Assembly (NCBI GenBank): GCA_946186455.1
Contig: CAMHNK010000002.1
Coordinates: 186-64,185, forward strand
Source: an uncultured Candidatus Saccharibacteria bacterium
GTDB taxonomy: Bacteria; Patescibacteriota; Saccharimonadia; Saccharimonadales; Saccharimonadaceae
DNA length: 64,000 nucleotides
Reading direction: 5' to 3'
The translations under genes were made by a program, and so were the position numbers. Positions 37,445-46,081 of the stretch are shown piece by piece; position 1 is the first letter of the stretch; each line of letters starts with the position of its first letter. The notes below the pieces were generated by a model that did not search any database, was not told where the DNA came from, and saw only the letters and a list, made by a program, of their open reading frames with translations.

Positions 37445-37939
37445 TTAGTTTTCGCTAAGCTCGATTGCGCCACCGGCTGCCACCATACTAGCAATATTGT
37501 CTTTGACTTTTTCCGTGGTTAAATCACTATATTGATCAGAACTTAATTCAAAAATCACATATTTACCTTGGAGTTTTTTCTTGAGCGCCCAGTTTTTACC
37601 ATCCATCGAAATGTTATTATAGGCCGTTCTCGCTTCATTTTTAGTATCATAAGCAAAGAAAACTCTGACATTATTAATCGTATTTCCAGTATAGTAATAC
37701 ACGACATGCGTGACATCCGCTTCGTAATCACTGTCATCAAATGATGCGATATCTTTATTCATCGAAAGCACTAGTTTCATGCCATCGGATTTAAAATAGG
37801 AACTATTCAGTCTATTGATGGCTTGTAGATTCATACCTACGCCAACCATCACTGCCACTAAAATAAAAACACTCGTGATAATCATCGCAATTGCAAAATC
37901 TTCACGAAACTCTATTGTGCGCTTTGATAATACGCTCAT
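37445..37939 (-). CDS. single-pass membrane protein, paralogue of 36269-36814
   Basis: YFKSDGMKLVL, VYYYTGNT, ARTAY, GKYVI. Confidence 0.8.
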   Translation of the reverse strand: MSVLSKRTIEFREDFAIAMIITSVFILVAVMVGVGMNLQAINRLNSSYFKSDGMKLVLSMNKDIASFDDSDYEADVTHVVYYYTGNTINNVRVFFAYDTKNEARTAYNNISMDGKNWALKKKLQGKYVIFELSSDQYSDLTTEKVKDNIASMVAAGGAIELSEN

Positions 37940-37959
37940 GCTTTTATTTTATCATACTT

Positions 37960-38634
37960 TTACTGTTTCGCGATAATTCTTGCAAATTTTAGAAGTAACG
38001 GCGCGTAGCTATCGTAGCCTTTTACTCTTGCCGCAATTTCTAATTTATTTGTCATCATAAGTCGGAGCATCTTAATTTCATCCGCCCCGAATTCGCCATT
38101 CTCTTTTTTATAGAAAGCCGACTCTGACACATCCCACACGTAATTCTCGTCCGGCGATAATTTCTCACCTTTTTCGTCACGATACAAATTAATATCCTCG
38201 CCAGTTTCTTTCGTGAGGTTAATTAAAAACCACGCCTCGACAAGCGCCGGACTCGCTCCGTCGTTTAAAGCTCTCAAGCTCTCGTCTGTAATTTCAAAGA
38301 ATCTCGGTGAGTCCGAATGCTCCGCCACTAAACTAATCTTTTTTAAAATCATCGATGCCAGTTCCATTCGGCTGTAATCCTTTAGCAGATTTTCATAGAA
38401 CCGGAGCATTTTTGCGCTCGTAATCGTGCCGAATTCGCCCTTACCTTTATGGATAGTCAGCTCCGCAAGCGAGAACATCTCCACACCACCCGCGAGTTTC
38501 GATTTTTCTTTTCTTACACCTTTTGCAATCGCCGAGATTTTCCCAACCGGCGTAATTAAATTGAGAATCCGATCCGCTTCGCCATAATTCGTTCGACGAA
38601 GCACATAACTCTTAGTTTTAATCTCATTTTGCAT
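37960..38634 (-). CDS. recO: DNA repair protein RecO
   Basis: VLRR.NYGEADRI..L.T..GK..AIAKGVRK.KS.L.G..E.F. Confidence 0.93.
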   Translation of the reverse strand: MQNEIKTKSYVLRRTNYGEADRILNLITPVGKISAIAKGVRKEKSKLAGGVEMFSLAELTIHKGKGEFGTITSAKMLRFYENLLKDYSRMELASMILKKISLVAEHSDSPRFFEITDESLRALNDGASPALVEAWFLINLTKETGEDINLYRDEKGEKLSPDENYVWDVSESAFYKKENGEFGADEIKMLRLMMTNKLEIAARVKGYDSYAPLLLKFARIIAKQ

Positions 38635-38968
38635 AATACTTCACCAATGCTCTAATATCCTTCGGTGTCATGTCATCCTTTGAAAGCACTTTCACTACGC
38701 CATACACTGATAAATCTTTATCCGACAAATCTAGCGACGTCACAATTACCACCGGAATTTTCGCCGTGTCGTCATAAGAAATCATCTCATTTAAAAAAGT
38801 GAAGCCGTCCGGCCCATCAAGCAAAATATCGAGAAAGATTAATTTCGGAATATTCCCCTTGACGATCTCATTCATCGCTTCAATCGCGTTCGAAAAAACT
38901 TTTGCATCTCCAGCCGCGTTCGCAATGCACTCCGCCATTATTTCATCATCATCAATTACAAAAATCAT
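38624..38968 (-). CDS. single-domain response regulator
   Basis: VIDDD, FLD..L.G.DG, IVTS, K. Confidence 0.9.
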   Translation of the reverse strand: MIFVIDDDEIMAECIANAAGDAKVFSNAIEAMNEIVKGNIPKLIFLDILLDGPDGFTFLNEMISYDDTAKIPVVIVTSLDLSDKDLSVYGVVKVLSKDDMTPKDIRALVKYYAK

Positions 38969-38976
38969 CTTCGCTC

Positions 38977-39657
38977 CTAAAACAAACTGGCCTGCTTCGA
39001 TTTCATTAAATCGACATAAAAACTCGTCCCATCCCGATGACGAATCGCCCCCACCTCAGCATTCATGTAATGTGAAAACTTTGAAGCAATAAATAATCCG
39101 AGCCCCGATGAACCTGGGCGCATCGCAATCGAAGTTGGTTTCTCCACAAATCCGCGATTCATTTCTCGCCACACATCCGTTGGAAGTTCTGGCCCAAAAT
39201 CTCTCACTACCACGCGCACACGGTCATTTTTATCCTTCACCATGAGTTCCGAGCGCGTTTCTGCCCCGGAATAATGCATTGCATTGAGTAGAAAGTTATA
39301 AATCACACCATGAAGTAGCTCGCGATTTGCAATCACGAGTTGCGAACGATTGGAATACTTAATCGATAAATCTCTCTTGTTGTATTTAAAGAGGTGCATG
39401 AGTTCTCTAGTTACATCATCACAAATCGGACGCACTGCTACCGGCTCCATCACAAAGAGTCCATCTTCTAGTCTTCGCACCTTGGTTAGATCATTAACTT
39501 GCCGAATCGCACGTTCAGAAACACTCACCATTTCATCCCTGATTCGTTCGTCTTTTGCACCCACACCTTCAAACGAGAGGGCTAGCTGGCGTAGTACCGC
39601 GAGCGGAGCTTTGAGCTCATGCGCCGCTACCAAAATACCATCTACCTCCACATCCAT
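38977..39657 (-). CDS. histidine kinase without sensor or TM domain
   Basis: HELKAPL H-box at residue 13, N..NA..Y, D.G, SGLGL. Confidence 0.9.
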   Translation of the reverse strand: MDVEVDGILVAAHELKAPLAVLRQLALSFEGVGAKDERIRDEMVSVSERAIRQVNDLTKVRRLEDGLFVMEPVAVRPICDDVTRELMHLFKYNKRDLSIKYSNRSQLVIANRELLHGVIYNFLLNAMHYSGAETRSELMVKDKNDRVRVVVRDFGPELPTDVWREMNRGFVEKPTSIAMRPGSSGLGLFIASKFSHYMNAEVGAIRHRDGTSFYVDLMKSKQASLF

Positions 39658-39674
39658 ATCTTGATTATAGCATA

Positions 39675-40448
39675 CTAAGCGTTGAAGGTGACTGAATCGA
39701 GAATCTTGTTGAAGTCTGACTCAAAGAGAATCGAATCGGTTTGAAGAATCGCAGTTTTATCGCGAATCTTAAAGACAATAATGTAACCACTAAATTCAGT
39801 ATTTGGAATTGTGCCAGTGTATTTGTTAGCAGTAGCACCATTCTTGAGCGTGATAGATTCAACTGACAAATTAGAATTCTTCTTCTCGAGTGCTTTCTGA
39901 TATTCTGCTACGACTGTTTCGAAAGCTTTGTCGCGAATCTTGACGCGAAGACCATAAAGCGAATTTTTGCTAGCAGTTGATTCGACTCCGCCCGGATTAA
40001 GATAGGCTTCAAAATCACCCGAAGTTTTAAGCAAATCGCTTGCGATATAAACGCTCCAGGTCTTTGGATACTTGAACGAAAGTTCGCCATAATCTACCGG
40101 ACCAGCAAATGTCTTATACGGATATTTTTCACGTTCCGCGAAGTCTTTCTGATCCTTCTGGTATTGCTCGTCCTTCGCATTGGCCACTGCTACGTCAATC
40201 TGACTTTGAACATCAGTGTTAACCTCGTTGTATTGATTCAAGAAGTAAATAAATAGACAAATAAATGCAACGGTCGTAAGACCAAGAATCACAATCGCAA
40301 TCGTCTTAATTAAACTATTTGGATCTCCATATTTTTTCGGCCCCACATCCGGTGGTAAAACTGGCTGCGGTGGCGTAATTGGAGATAAGACTGGTGATTG
40401 CATTACAGGTACATTTTGTTGTACTGGCGGCATCATTTGATTATCCAT
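39675..40448 (-). CDS. membrane-anchored protein with Pro-rich N-terminus and PsbP-like extracellular domain
   Basis: TM; SFKYPK.W and F.KIL.S..F patterns. Confidence 0.7.
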   Translation of the reverse strand: MDNQMMPPVQQNVPVMQSPVLSPITPPQPVLPPDVGPKKYGDPNSLIKTIAIVILGLTTVAFICLFIYFLNQYNEVNTDVQSQIDVAVANAKDEQYQKDQKDFAEREKYPYKTFAGPVDYGELSFKYPKTWSVYIASDLLKTSGDFEAYLNPGGVESTASKNSLYGLRVKIRDKAFETVVAEYQKALEKKNSNLSVESITLKNGATANKYTGTIPNTEFSGYIIVFKIRDKTAILQTDSILFESDFNKILDSVTFNA

Positions 40449-40463
40449 AAGTTTATTATACCA

Positions 40464-40661
40464 TTATTTACTAAAATCTTCAGACAAAACTTCGATTTCG
40501 TTCTTTAATTCGTTTAAGTCTTTCTTGATATCGTTTGCGAGCGCCATCGCATCCTTGTAACGCTCTGCCGATTCTTCCAATTTGAAATCATCCGAATAGA
40601 ACCAACCCGTCTTCTTATCGAGTTCTTCCATTTTCTTAGTTAGTGACATTTTTTCGCTCAT
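40464..40661 (-). CDS. xseB: exodeoxyribonuclease VII small subunit
   Basis: 65 aa, LEES...Y.....L......L; overlaps end of xseA. Confidence 0.85.
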   Translation of the reverse strand: MSEKMSLTKKMEELDKKTGWFYSDDFKLEESAERYKDAMALANDIKKDLNELKNEIEVLSEDFSK

Positions 40662-41787
40662 GTATCTCCTTTACTTCAGCCGTTATCTCTTTATCGTATG
40701 TTGTAATATTTACAACACTCCCTGGAGAAACCTTGCCTGACAAAATCGCATAACCCTGTCTTAGCACTTTTTCCGGATTCAAAGCCTCCAGAATCTTCAC
40801 CTTCTGGAACAACATATTGTGATAAAAATCGATTTTTTGCTTAATGAATCTACGAATATTATCAAATGGCTGATCTACTCTCTCAAGCGCCGCATCAATC
40901 TTATTGTAAATAATCGATTCAGCTCGCGATACGGACATATCTACCGTATAGCCGACTGCTTCTCGGTCTGGCGTCAGCATCTCGGCTGCATTTGATGGCG
41001 TTGAAGCTCGCACATCAGCCGCAAGATCCGCAAGACTTTCATCGACTTCGTGTCCAATTCCCGTAATCACCGGAATCTTCGAAGCCGCAATTGCACGCAC
41101 TAATTCCTCGTCGTTAAAGCAAGACAAATCATCCGCCGAGCCACCACCACGCAAAATGGCAATTACTTGCACTTCTGAACGTTCATTGAAATATTTGAGC
41201 GCCCGAATGATCTGATCCGGTGCATCCATTCCCTGCACCTGCGTATGCGCCACTTGTACATGAATACCACCCCACCTCGCGTTCAAAATCTTCACAAAAT
41301 CCGCATAGCCAGCCGCGCCCGTGCTCGAAATCACACCAAGTTTTGTTAGATCTTTCGGCAGTTCACGCTTTTTCTCCGGCGCAAACAAACCTTCATCCGA
41401 TAATTTCTTCTTTAATAATTCAAACGCCTTCTTGATACTACCATCACCGACCGGCTTAATCGCCGAAACCGTAAACGAGAATTTTCCCCACTTCGTGACT
41501 TTTGGTACGCCTCGTACTACAATTTTCATACCATCCTCAAGTGGTACGCGAAGCTGGTAAATCGACATAAAACAAGAAATGCTCGACTCCTCGTCTTTTA
41601 GATCAAAGAACACCCATTTGCCTTGGTTTACTTTATAGCTCGCGACTTCACCAACAAGCAGTGCACCTTCATAGGCATATTCCAAAGTCTGGTTCATTGC
41701 CGCAATTAATGTAGACGGCGTAAACCTTGGTGGTTCACCCGGAATCGGGATATCAGCTTTTGCTGTCTTTAGCGGACTTATCGTCAT
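40636..41787 (-). CDS. xseA: exodeoxyribonuclease VII large subunit
   Basis: GEV, F.LKD, VQG, RGGGS.DDL..FN.E, TGIGHE.D, TPS.AAE, L.QGYA. Confidence 0.96.
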   Translation of the reverse strand: MTISPLKTAKADIPIPGEPPRFTPSTLIAAMNQTLEYAYEGALLVGEVASYKVNQGKWVFFDLKDEESSISCFMSIYQLRVPLEDGMKIVVRGVPKVTKWGKFSFTVSAIKPVGDGSIKKAFELLKKKLSDEGLFAPEKKRELPKDLTKLGVISSTGAAGYADFVKILNARWGGIHVQVAHTQVQGMDAPDQIIRALKYFNERSEVQVIAILRGGGSADDLSCFNDEELVRAIAASKIPVITGIGHEVDESLADLAADVRASTPSNAAEMLTPDREAVGYTVDMSVSRAESIIYNKIDAALERVDQPFDNIRRFIKQKIDFYHNMLFQKVKILEALNPEKVLRQGYAILSGKVSPGSVVNITTYDKEITAEVKEIHERKNVTN

Positions 41788-42829
41788 GTTCTTTTCCTCT
41801 AATCACTTTATAATAAGGTATTGTACCCGTAACAATTGTCAGAATCAAGGTTAAAACTCTAGTCATTACAGTTACAATAGTCACGGTTGGGAAATGTTCC
41901 ATTCCAAGGAGAGCAATCATTACGCCCGCCATACCAAGCTCGTACAGACCATAAGGCACAATACCATCGAATACTGAACCAATTGCCTCTCCTACTAAAA
42001 TAAACGGCAAAAGATCCGGTCTTCCAAGCGAAATTGCCACAATCCAATAAGTCGCCACTTCAAAGAAACTATAAACAACCCCCCAGTACAGCGGATATTT
42101 CAGATACTTCTTATTTGCCTTTGCAATCATCACGCTTTCATGGATGTCGTCAAAATAATGCTTAATTTTGTCTTCTTTAATGGCTTTCTTTTTGTGGCCA
42201 AAAGTCAAAATCTTAATTACAGCGTTAACGAACCGTGTTGCTTTCAAAGTAAAGAATTCTATACGCTTTTTACTACTCGCGATATAAACAATCAGCGATA
42301 GCCCAATAAATACGCTAAAGTTCATGATGAGCGCAACTGGAATCACCCACATTGCCTCACCCGGAATCAGATTTAGACACAATAATACCACAATTGCGAC
42401 GAGCGCCTGGAAATAATTAATCACCGTCGTTACAGCGTAGCGAAAAATATAAAGAAACCCGGATTGTCCTGCCGTCACATTATACGGACGAAGACGATAG
42501 GCAAGGTAGGCGAGCCCACCAAGACCACCTGCCGGCACGGCGTGATTCACAAAATTAAGCTCTGTCGAAATTGTGAGAATTTCCTTTTTCGAAAATTCTT
42601 TCACTTCTTTGCTATTTCTAAGAAATGAGAAAAAAATCTGCCCGCAAGCAAAATACATAAATAATTGCTCCGGGATTAAGAGCAAAAGCACTGGAATATT
42701 AGTATCGCTTAAATGATGGAAGGTCTTCACCATATCTGGCCAGTTTTGATAAACCACATAACCAACCAGTATCACTGTACCGACAGACAAAATAGTCCGA
42801 AAAGAAATGCCAAAGCGCTTTTTTGCCAT
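41753..42829 (-). CDS. lysylphosphatidylglycerol-synthase TM / flippase-like membrane protein
   Basis: Multi-TM, FVN..VP.GGLGG, G.YE, R. Confidence 0.75.
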   Translation of the reverse strand: MAKKRFGISFRTILSVGTVILVGYVVYQNWPDMVKTFHHLSDTNIPVLLLLIPEQLFMYFACGQIFFSFLRNSKEVKEFSKKEILTISTELNFVNHAVPAGGLGGLAYLAYRLRPYNVTAGQSGFLYIFRYAVTTVINYFQALVAIVVLLCLNLIPGEAMWVIPVALIMNFSVFIGLSLIVYIASSKKRIEFFTLKATRFVNAVIKILTFGHKKKAIKEDKIKHYFDDIHESVMIAKANKKYLKYPLYWGVVYSFFEVATYWIVAISLGRPDLLPFILVGEAIGSVFDGIVPYGLYELGMAGVMIALLGMEHFPTVTIVTVMTRVLTLILTIVTGTIPYYKVIRGKEHDDKSAKDSKS

Positions 42830-42873
42830 AAGAACATTATACCATAAAAAAGAGCCCCGTTTGGGGCTGATTT

Positions 42874-43146
42874 TTAGCGAACTTCTACGCGGATCCTTGG
42901 CAATGATTTGCCAGAGAAATGAGTTTTCTTAGTCTTAACAAATGTGACTACACCGTCTTTCGCAGCATGGATAGTGAAGTTGCGTGACATGTAGGTACCA
43001 GGGCCTGCAAGTTTAGTAGCACCAGTTTGGCGAACAATTACTTCGCCATTTTTAACTTTTTGGCCACCAAAGCGCTTGACGCCGAGGCGCTGGCCAGCAT
43101 TATTATGGACGTTCTTGGCGGTACCGCCAGCTTTTACGTGTGACAT
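42874..43146 (-). CDS. rpmA: 50S ribosomal protein L27
   Basis: MSH.KAGG, RLGVKRFGGQ.V..G..IVRQ.G, A..DG.V.F. Confidence 0.96.
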   Translation of the reverse strand: MSHVKAGGTAKNVHNNAGQRLGVKRFGGQKVKNGEVIVRQTGATKLAGPGTYMSRNFTIHAAKDGVVTFVKTKKTHFSGKSLPRIRVEVR

Positions 43147-44334
43147 TTAATCTTTCCTTAATATTATTAAATCTCTCGCGACAATCTGCCCCTCTCGATG
43201 ATAAAGAAGCCCCTCGCGAGATTTATTGTAAACATTATACCCCATATCAGTAATTTCGTCAAGGATTTCTAACCTTGAATACGAGCCGTCTTCCCTAAGC
43301 CAAGCTGGCATCGCCACCACCACTGGCGTCCCGGATTTAATCTGTGAAGCTAAGTTCTTTAAGAACCCCACCATAATTGCCTTGCACTCTTGTTTCTCAG
43401 TTTTTAGCTTAATCTCCGCCGGTACCGCCGACATTGGCCTCCCGAGATACCCTTCACACGCCACCGCATCAATCGGCTGCTGCCATTGATGAGAAGTTGC
43501 ATCGCCTTGTGAAATCTGAAAAACACATCTTTCGAGAGAATCCGGAGCTTGGCAAAGCGAGGACGAGCGCCGGTCACCCGTGGCGACGGGCTGACCGGAC
43601 GCGGCCCGAGAAAGCGTGTTTTCAGATTTTACGAGCCATTCAAGATTCCTTTCGGTGTATTCAACCATCCGTTCATTAATATCGGTCCCATACGCCTGAT
43701 ATCCCATCAGCAATGCCTCTTGTAGAACTACACCAGTTCCACAAAACGGATCTAGTACTCTCGAACCAGCCGGCAAATCGCCACAAAGATTAATCAAAAT
43801 CTGTGCCAGTTTCGGTGGGAGCATCCCTACTTTCGCGTCTCTCGCTGGTCTGGCTTGATCGCGCTTTGTGTAAGCATCAATATCCTGCACGCCAATCACT
43901 TTGTACCACTCATCGTTCACTTTAATGAGTTCAACTTTACGTTCGTTTTTGCCAGAAAGACCGTTATGAAGCGAAGTCGCCGTCGAAATTACGGCATCTT
44001 TATTCTCAACCACCCGCACCGAACGCCCGTGCCTTACCAAAATCTTTTTTAATTTCAGCGATTCAGTCGTTGCGGTTTTCTTGGATGCACCGCGTGAAAA
44101 ATCGGACACACCGAGCGTAATCTTTCCTTCCGCTAGTTCTCTTAGATAATCCAGAGGTTTAACTTCGATTAGTTCAGCGAGTTTCAAGCTTCCGCCCAAC
44201 CGATCAATTTCTGGTTTTTTATCCGCATGAAAAACTGCGAGCTTCCCCGTGATTTGTTTCACTTCACCAAAAAGCGCTTCGAGTTCTGCGACAGATATTT
44301 CCGGTTGACGACCTAAAACCGCTAGATATTTCAT
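43147..44334 (-). CDS. Trm11/TrmG10-like RNA methyltransferase with in-frame palindromic insertion
   Basis: RD..RP.RD..VGMLPPKLAQ..INL, LDPFCGTG, G.DI, GDA, E.YLG. Confidence 0.85.
   Translation of the reverse strand: MKYLAVLGRQPEISVAELEALFGEVKQITGKLAVFHADKKPEIDRLGGSLKLAELIEVKPLDYLRELAEGKITLGVSDFSRGASKKTATTESLKLKKILVRHGRSVRVVENKDAVISTATSLHNGLSGKNERKVELIKVNDEWYKVIGVQDIDAYTKRDQARPARDAKVGMLPPKLAQILINLCGDLPAGSRVLDPFCGTGVVLQEALLMGYQAYGTDINERMVEYTERNLEWLVKSENTLSRAASGQPVATGDRRSSSLCQAPDSLERCVFQISQGDATSHQWQQPIDAVACEGYLGRPMSAVPAEIKLKTEKQECKAIMVGFLKNLASQIKSGTPVVVAMPAWLREDGSYSRLEILDEITDMGYNVYNKSREGLLYHREGQIVARDLIILRKD
43512..43629. mobile_element. GC-rich miniature palindromic element, copy A (in frame in the methyltransferase)
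   Basis: Outer IR AAATCTGAAAAACAC/GTGTTTTCAGATTT; core GAATCCG..CGAGGAC..CCCGT-N4-ACGGG shared with 56746-56855. Confidence 0.6.
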
Positions 44335-45596
44335 TTTACAATTACAAACTTATTCTTACCTTTTTTCACGATGGCAGTTTGATTTAAGTCAATTTCTTCC
44401 GTTACTTTCGTACCGTTAATCGTGATTGCACCACCAGTAATAAATTCGCGGGCTTTCTTCTTTGAATCGGCGAGGCCAGTATTACAAAGTGCATCAACGA
44501 GCGCCGTACCCTTCGAAACTACCGGGAGATAGGCGGCAAATTCCGTGATTTCGTCAGCTGTAAAATCGGCAAAATCTGTATTCTTATCAAAGAGCACAGC
44601 CGTGAGATTTTCAACGGCGGCGGCATTGTCTTTACCGTGCACCACTTCCGTCACACCACGCGCGAGTGCCTTTTGCGCGATGCGTTTTTCAGGTGCTTCT
44701 TTGTGGCGCTTCAAAATATCCTCAATTTCTTCTTTAGAAAGCAAAGTATAAATTTTAATCAAATATTCAACGGATTCATCCGGCTGGTTCATCCAGAATT
44801 GGTAGAAATCAAAGATTGAAGTATAGTTACCAGAACCATTATCAGTTGCGGCGAGCCAGACGGCGTTACCTTCAGACTTACCGAATTTGCGTCCAGTCAC
44901 TGGGTCAATCACAAGTGGCGTTGACCACACATCGGCCTCGCCATTTTCAAGTCTCTTAATCAAATGAATACCGGAAGAACAGTTACCGAATTGATCAGCA
45001 CCACAAAGCTGCATCTTAACACCATAAGTACGATAGAGATACAAGAAATCATAGCCCTGAATAAGAGAGTATGAAAATTCAGCATACGAAATACCGGAAC
45101 CGCCTTCACCGATACGATTCTGCACGAATTCGCGATCGAGAAGTTGCGTCATCGAAAATGCCTTACCGACTTCACGTAGGAAATCGAGATAGTGGATATC
45201 TTTAAACCAATCATAGTTATCGACCATCGTAAGACCCGGCGTTACGCCATCCTTGGAATTACCATCGCCAGCATTAATTACGCGTTCAATTTGTTCACGA
45301 ATACATTTCTTATTGTGCTCAACTTCGTCAAGCGTTTTCAAATCACGTTCACCGTTTTCTTTTGGGTCACCAATTTGCCCGGTAGCACCGCCAACCAAAA
45401 GATACGGCTCGTAACCATGACGAACAAAGCAAGCACACATCATGATGGCTGCTAAGTTGCCGATTGTCAAAGAATCGGCCGATGGATCTGCACCCCAATA
45501 GAACTTTTTATTCTTTCTGGAATCAAGGTCCGCCGGGTTTTCTATGGTTGTTTCGGCTTTAAAGCCACGATAAATTAGTTCCTCTGATAGTTTCAT
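44331..45596 (-). CDS. tyrS: tyrosine--tRNA ligase
   Basis: Y.G.DPSADSL.IGN, GGATG.IGDP, EFSY...QGYDF, G.DQ.GN, KFGKSEG. Confidence 0.97.
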   Translation of the reverse strand: MKLSEELIYRGFKAETTIENPADLDSRKNKKFYWGADPSADSLTIGNLAAIMMCACFVRHGYEPYLLVGGATGQIGDPKENGERDLKTLDEVEHNKKCIREQIERVINAGDGNSKDGVTPGLTMVDNYDWFKDIHYLDFLREVGKAFSMTQLLDREFVQNRIGEGGSGISYAEFSYSLIQGYDFLYLYRTYGVKMQLCGADQFGNCSSGIHLIKRLENGEADVWSTPLVIDPVTGRKFGKSEGNAVWLAATDNGSGNYTSIFDFYQFWMNQPDESVEYLIKIYTLLSKEEIEDILKRHKEAPEKRIAQKALARGVTEVVHGKDNAAAVENLTAVLFDKNTDFADFTADEITEFAAYLPVVSKGTALVDALCNTGLADSKKKAREFITGGAITINGTKVTEEIDLNQTAIVKKGKNKFVIVK

Positions 45597-45637
45597 ATAT
45601 ATAATATATCATAATTTCAGAGAAAAGCTAAATTCTA

Positions 45638-46066
45638 TCAGATTTCAGCGCCTTCACGCGCCTTGTTGGCCCAAATGTCTGCCATCTCGTTTAGTTCAGT
45701 GCCAACATGTCCGCGCACCCACACGATTTTCACATCATGTGATTCGTATAAATCATATAATTCTTTTACTAGATCTAAATTCTTAATTGGTCCGGATTTC
45801 TTGACCCAGCCATTTGCCTTCCAAGTCGGCGCCCACTTCGTGAGTACATTAATCCAAAATTCCGAATCGGAATGAATTTCGCAACCTTCATCGCCAGCGT
45901 ATTTAATCGCTGCAATCATGGCCTGGCCTTCCATCTTAATGTTGCTAGTGTCTTTATCACGGCCAAGCACTACTGGCCTCGCTCCGTCTTCCGTTTGTTC
46001 AATCACGGCAAAACCACCCGGCCCCGGGTTTGGTGATGCACTACCGTCTGTCCATAGAATCTTCAT
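45638..46066 (-). CDS. rnhA: ribonuclease HI
   Basis: TDGS..NPGPGG, N..ME, SDS, W...GW, WV.GH.G...NE.AD..A. Confidence 0.95.
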   Translation of the reverse strand: MKILWTDGSASPNPGPGGFAVIEQTEDGARPVVLGRDKDTSNIKMEGQAMIAAIKYAGDEGCEIHSDSEFWINVLTKWAPTWKANGWVKKSGPIKNLDLVKELYDLYESHDVKIVWVRGHVGTELNEMADIWANKAREGAEI

Positions 46067-46081
46067 GAGTTAATTATACCA

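Noticed and set aside
43545-43600. UCCUCG in the palindromic elements suggesting an HDV-like ribozyme
   Set aside because: Could not build the P1/P3/P1.1/P2 nested pseudoknot or catalytic J4/2 in either copy
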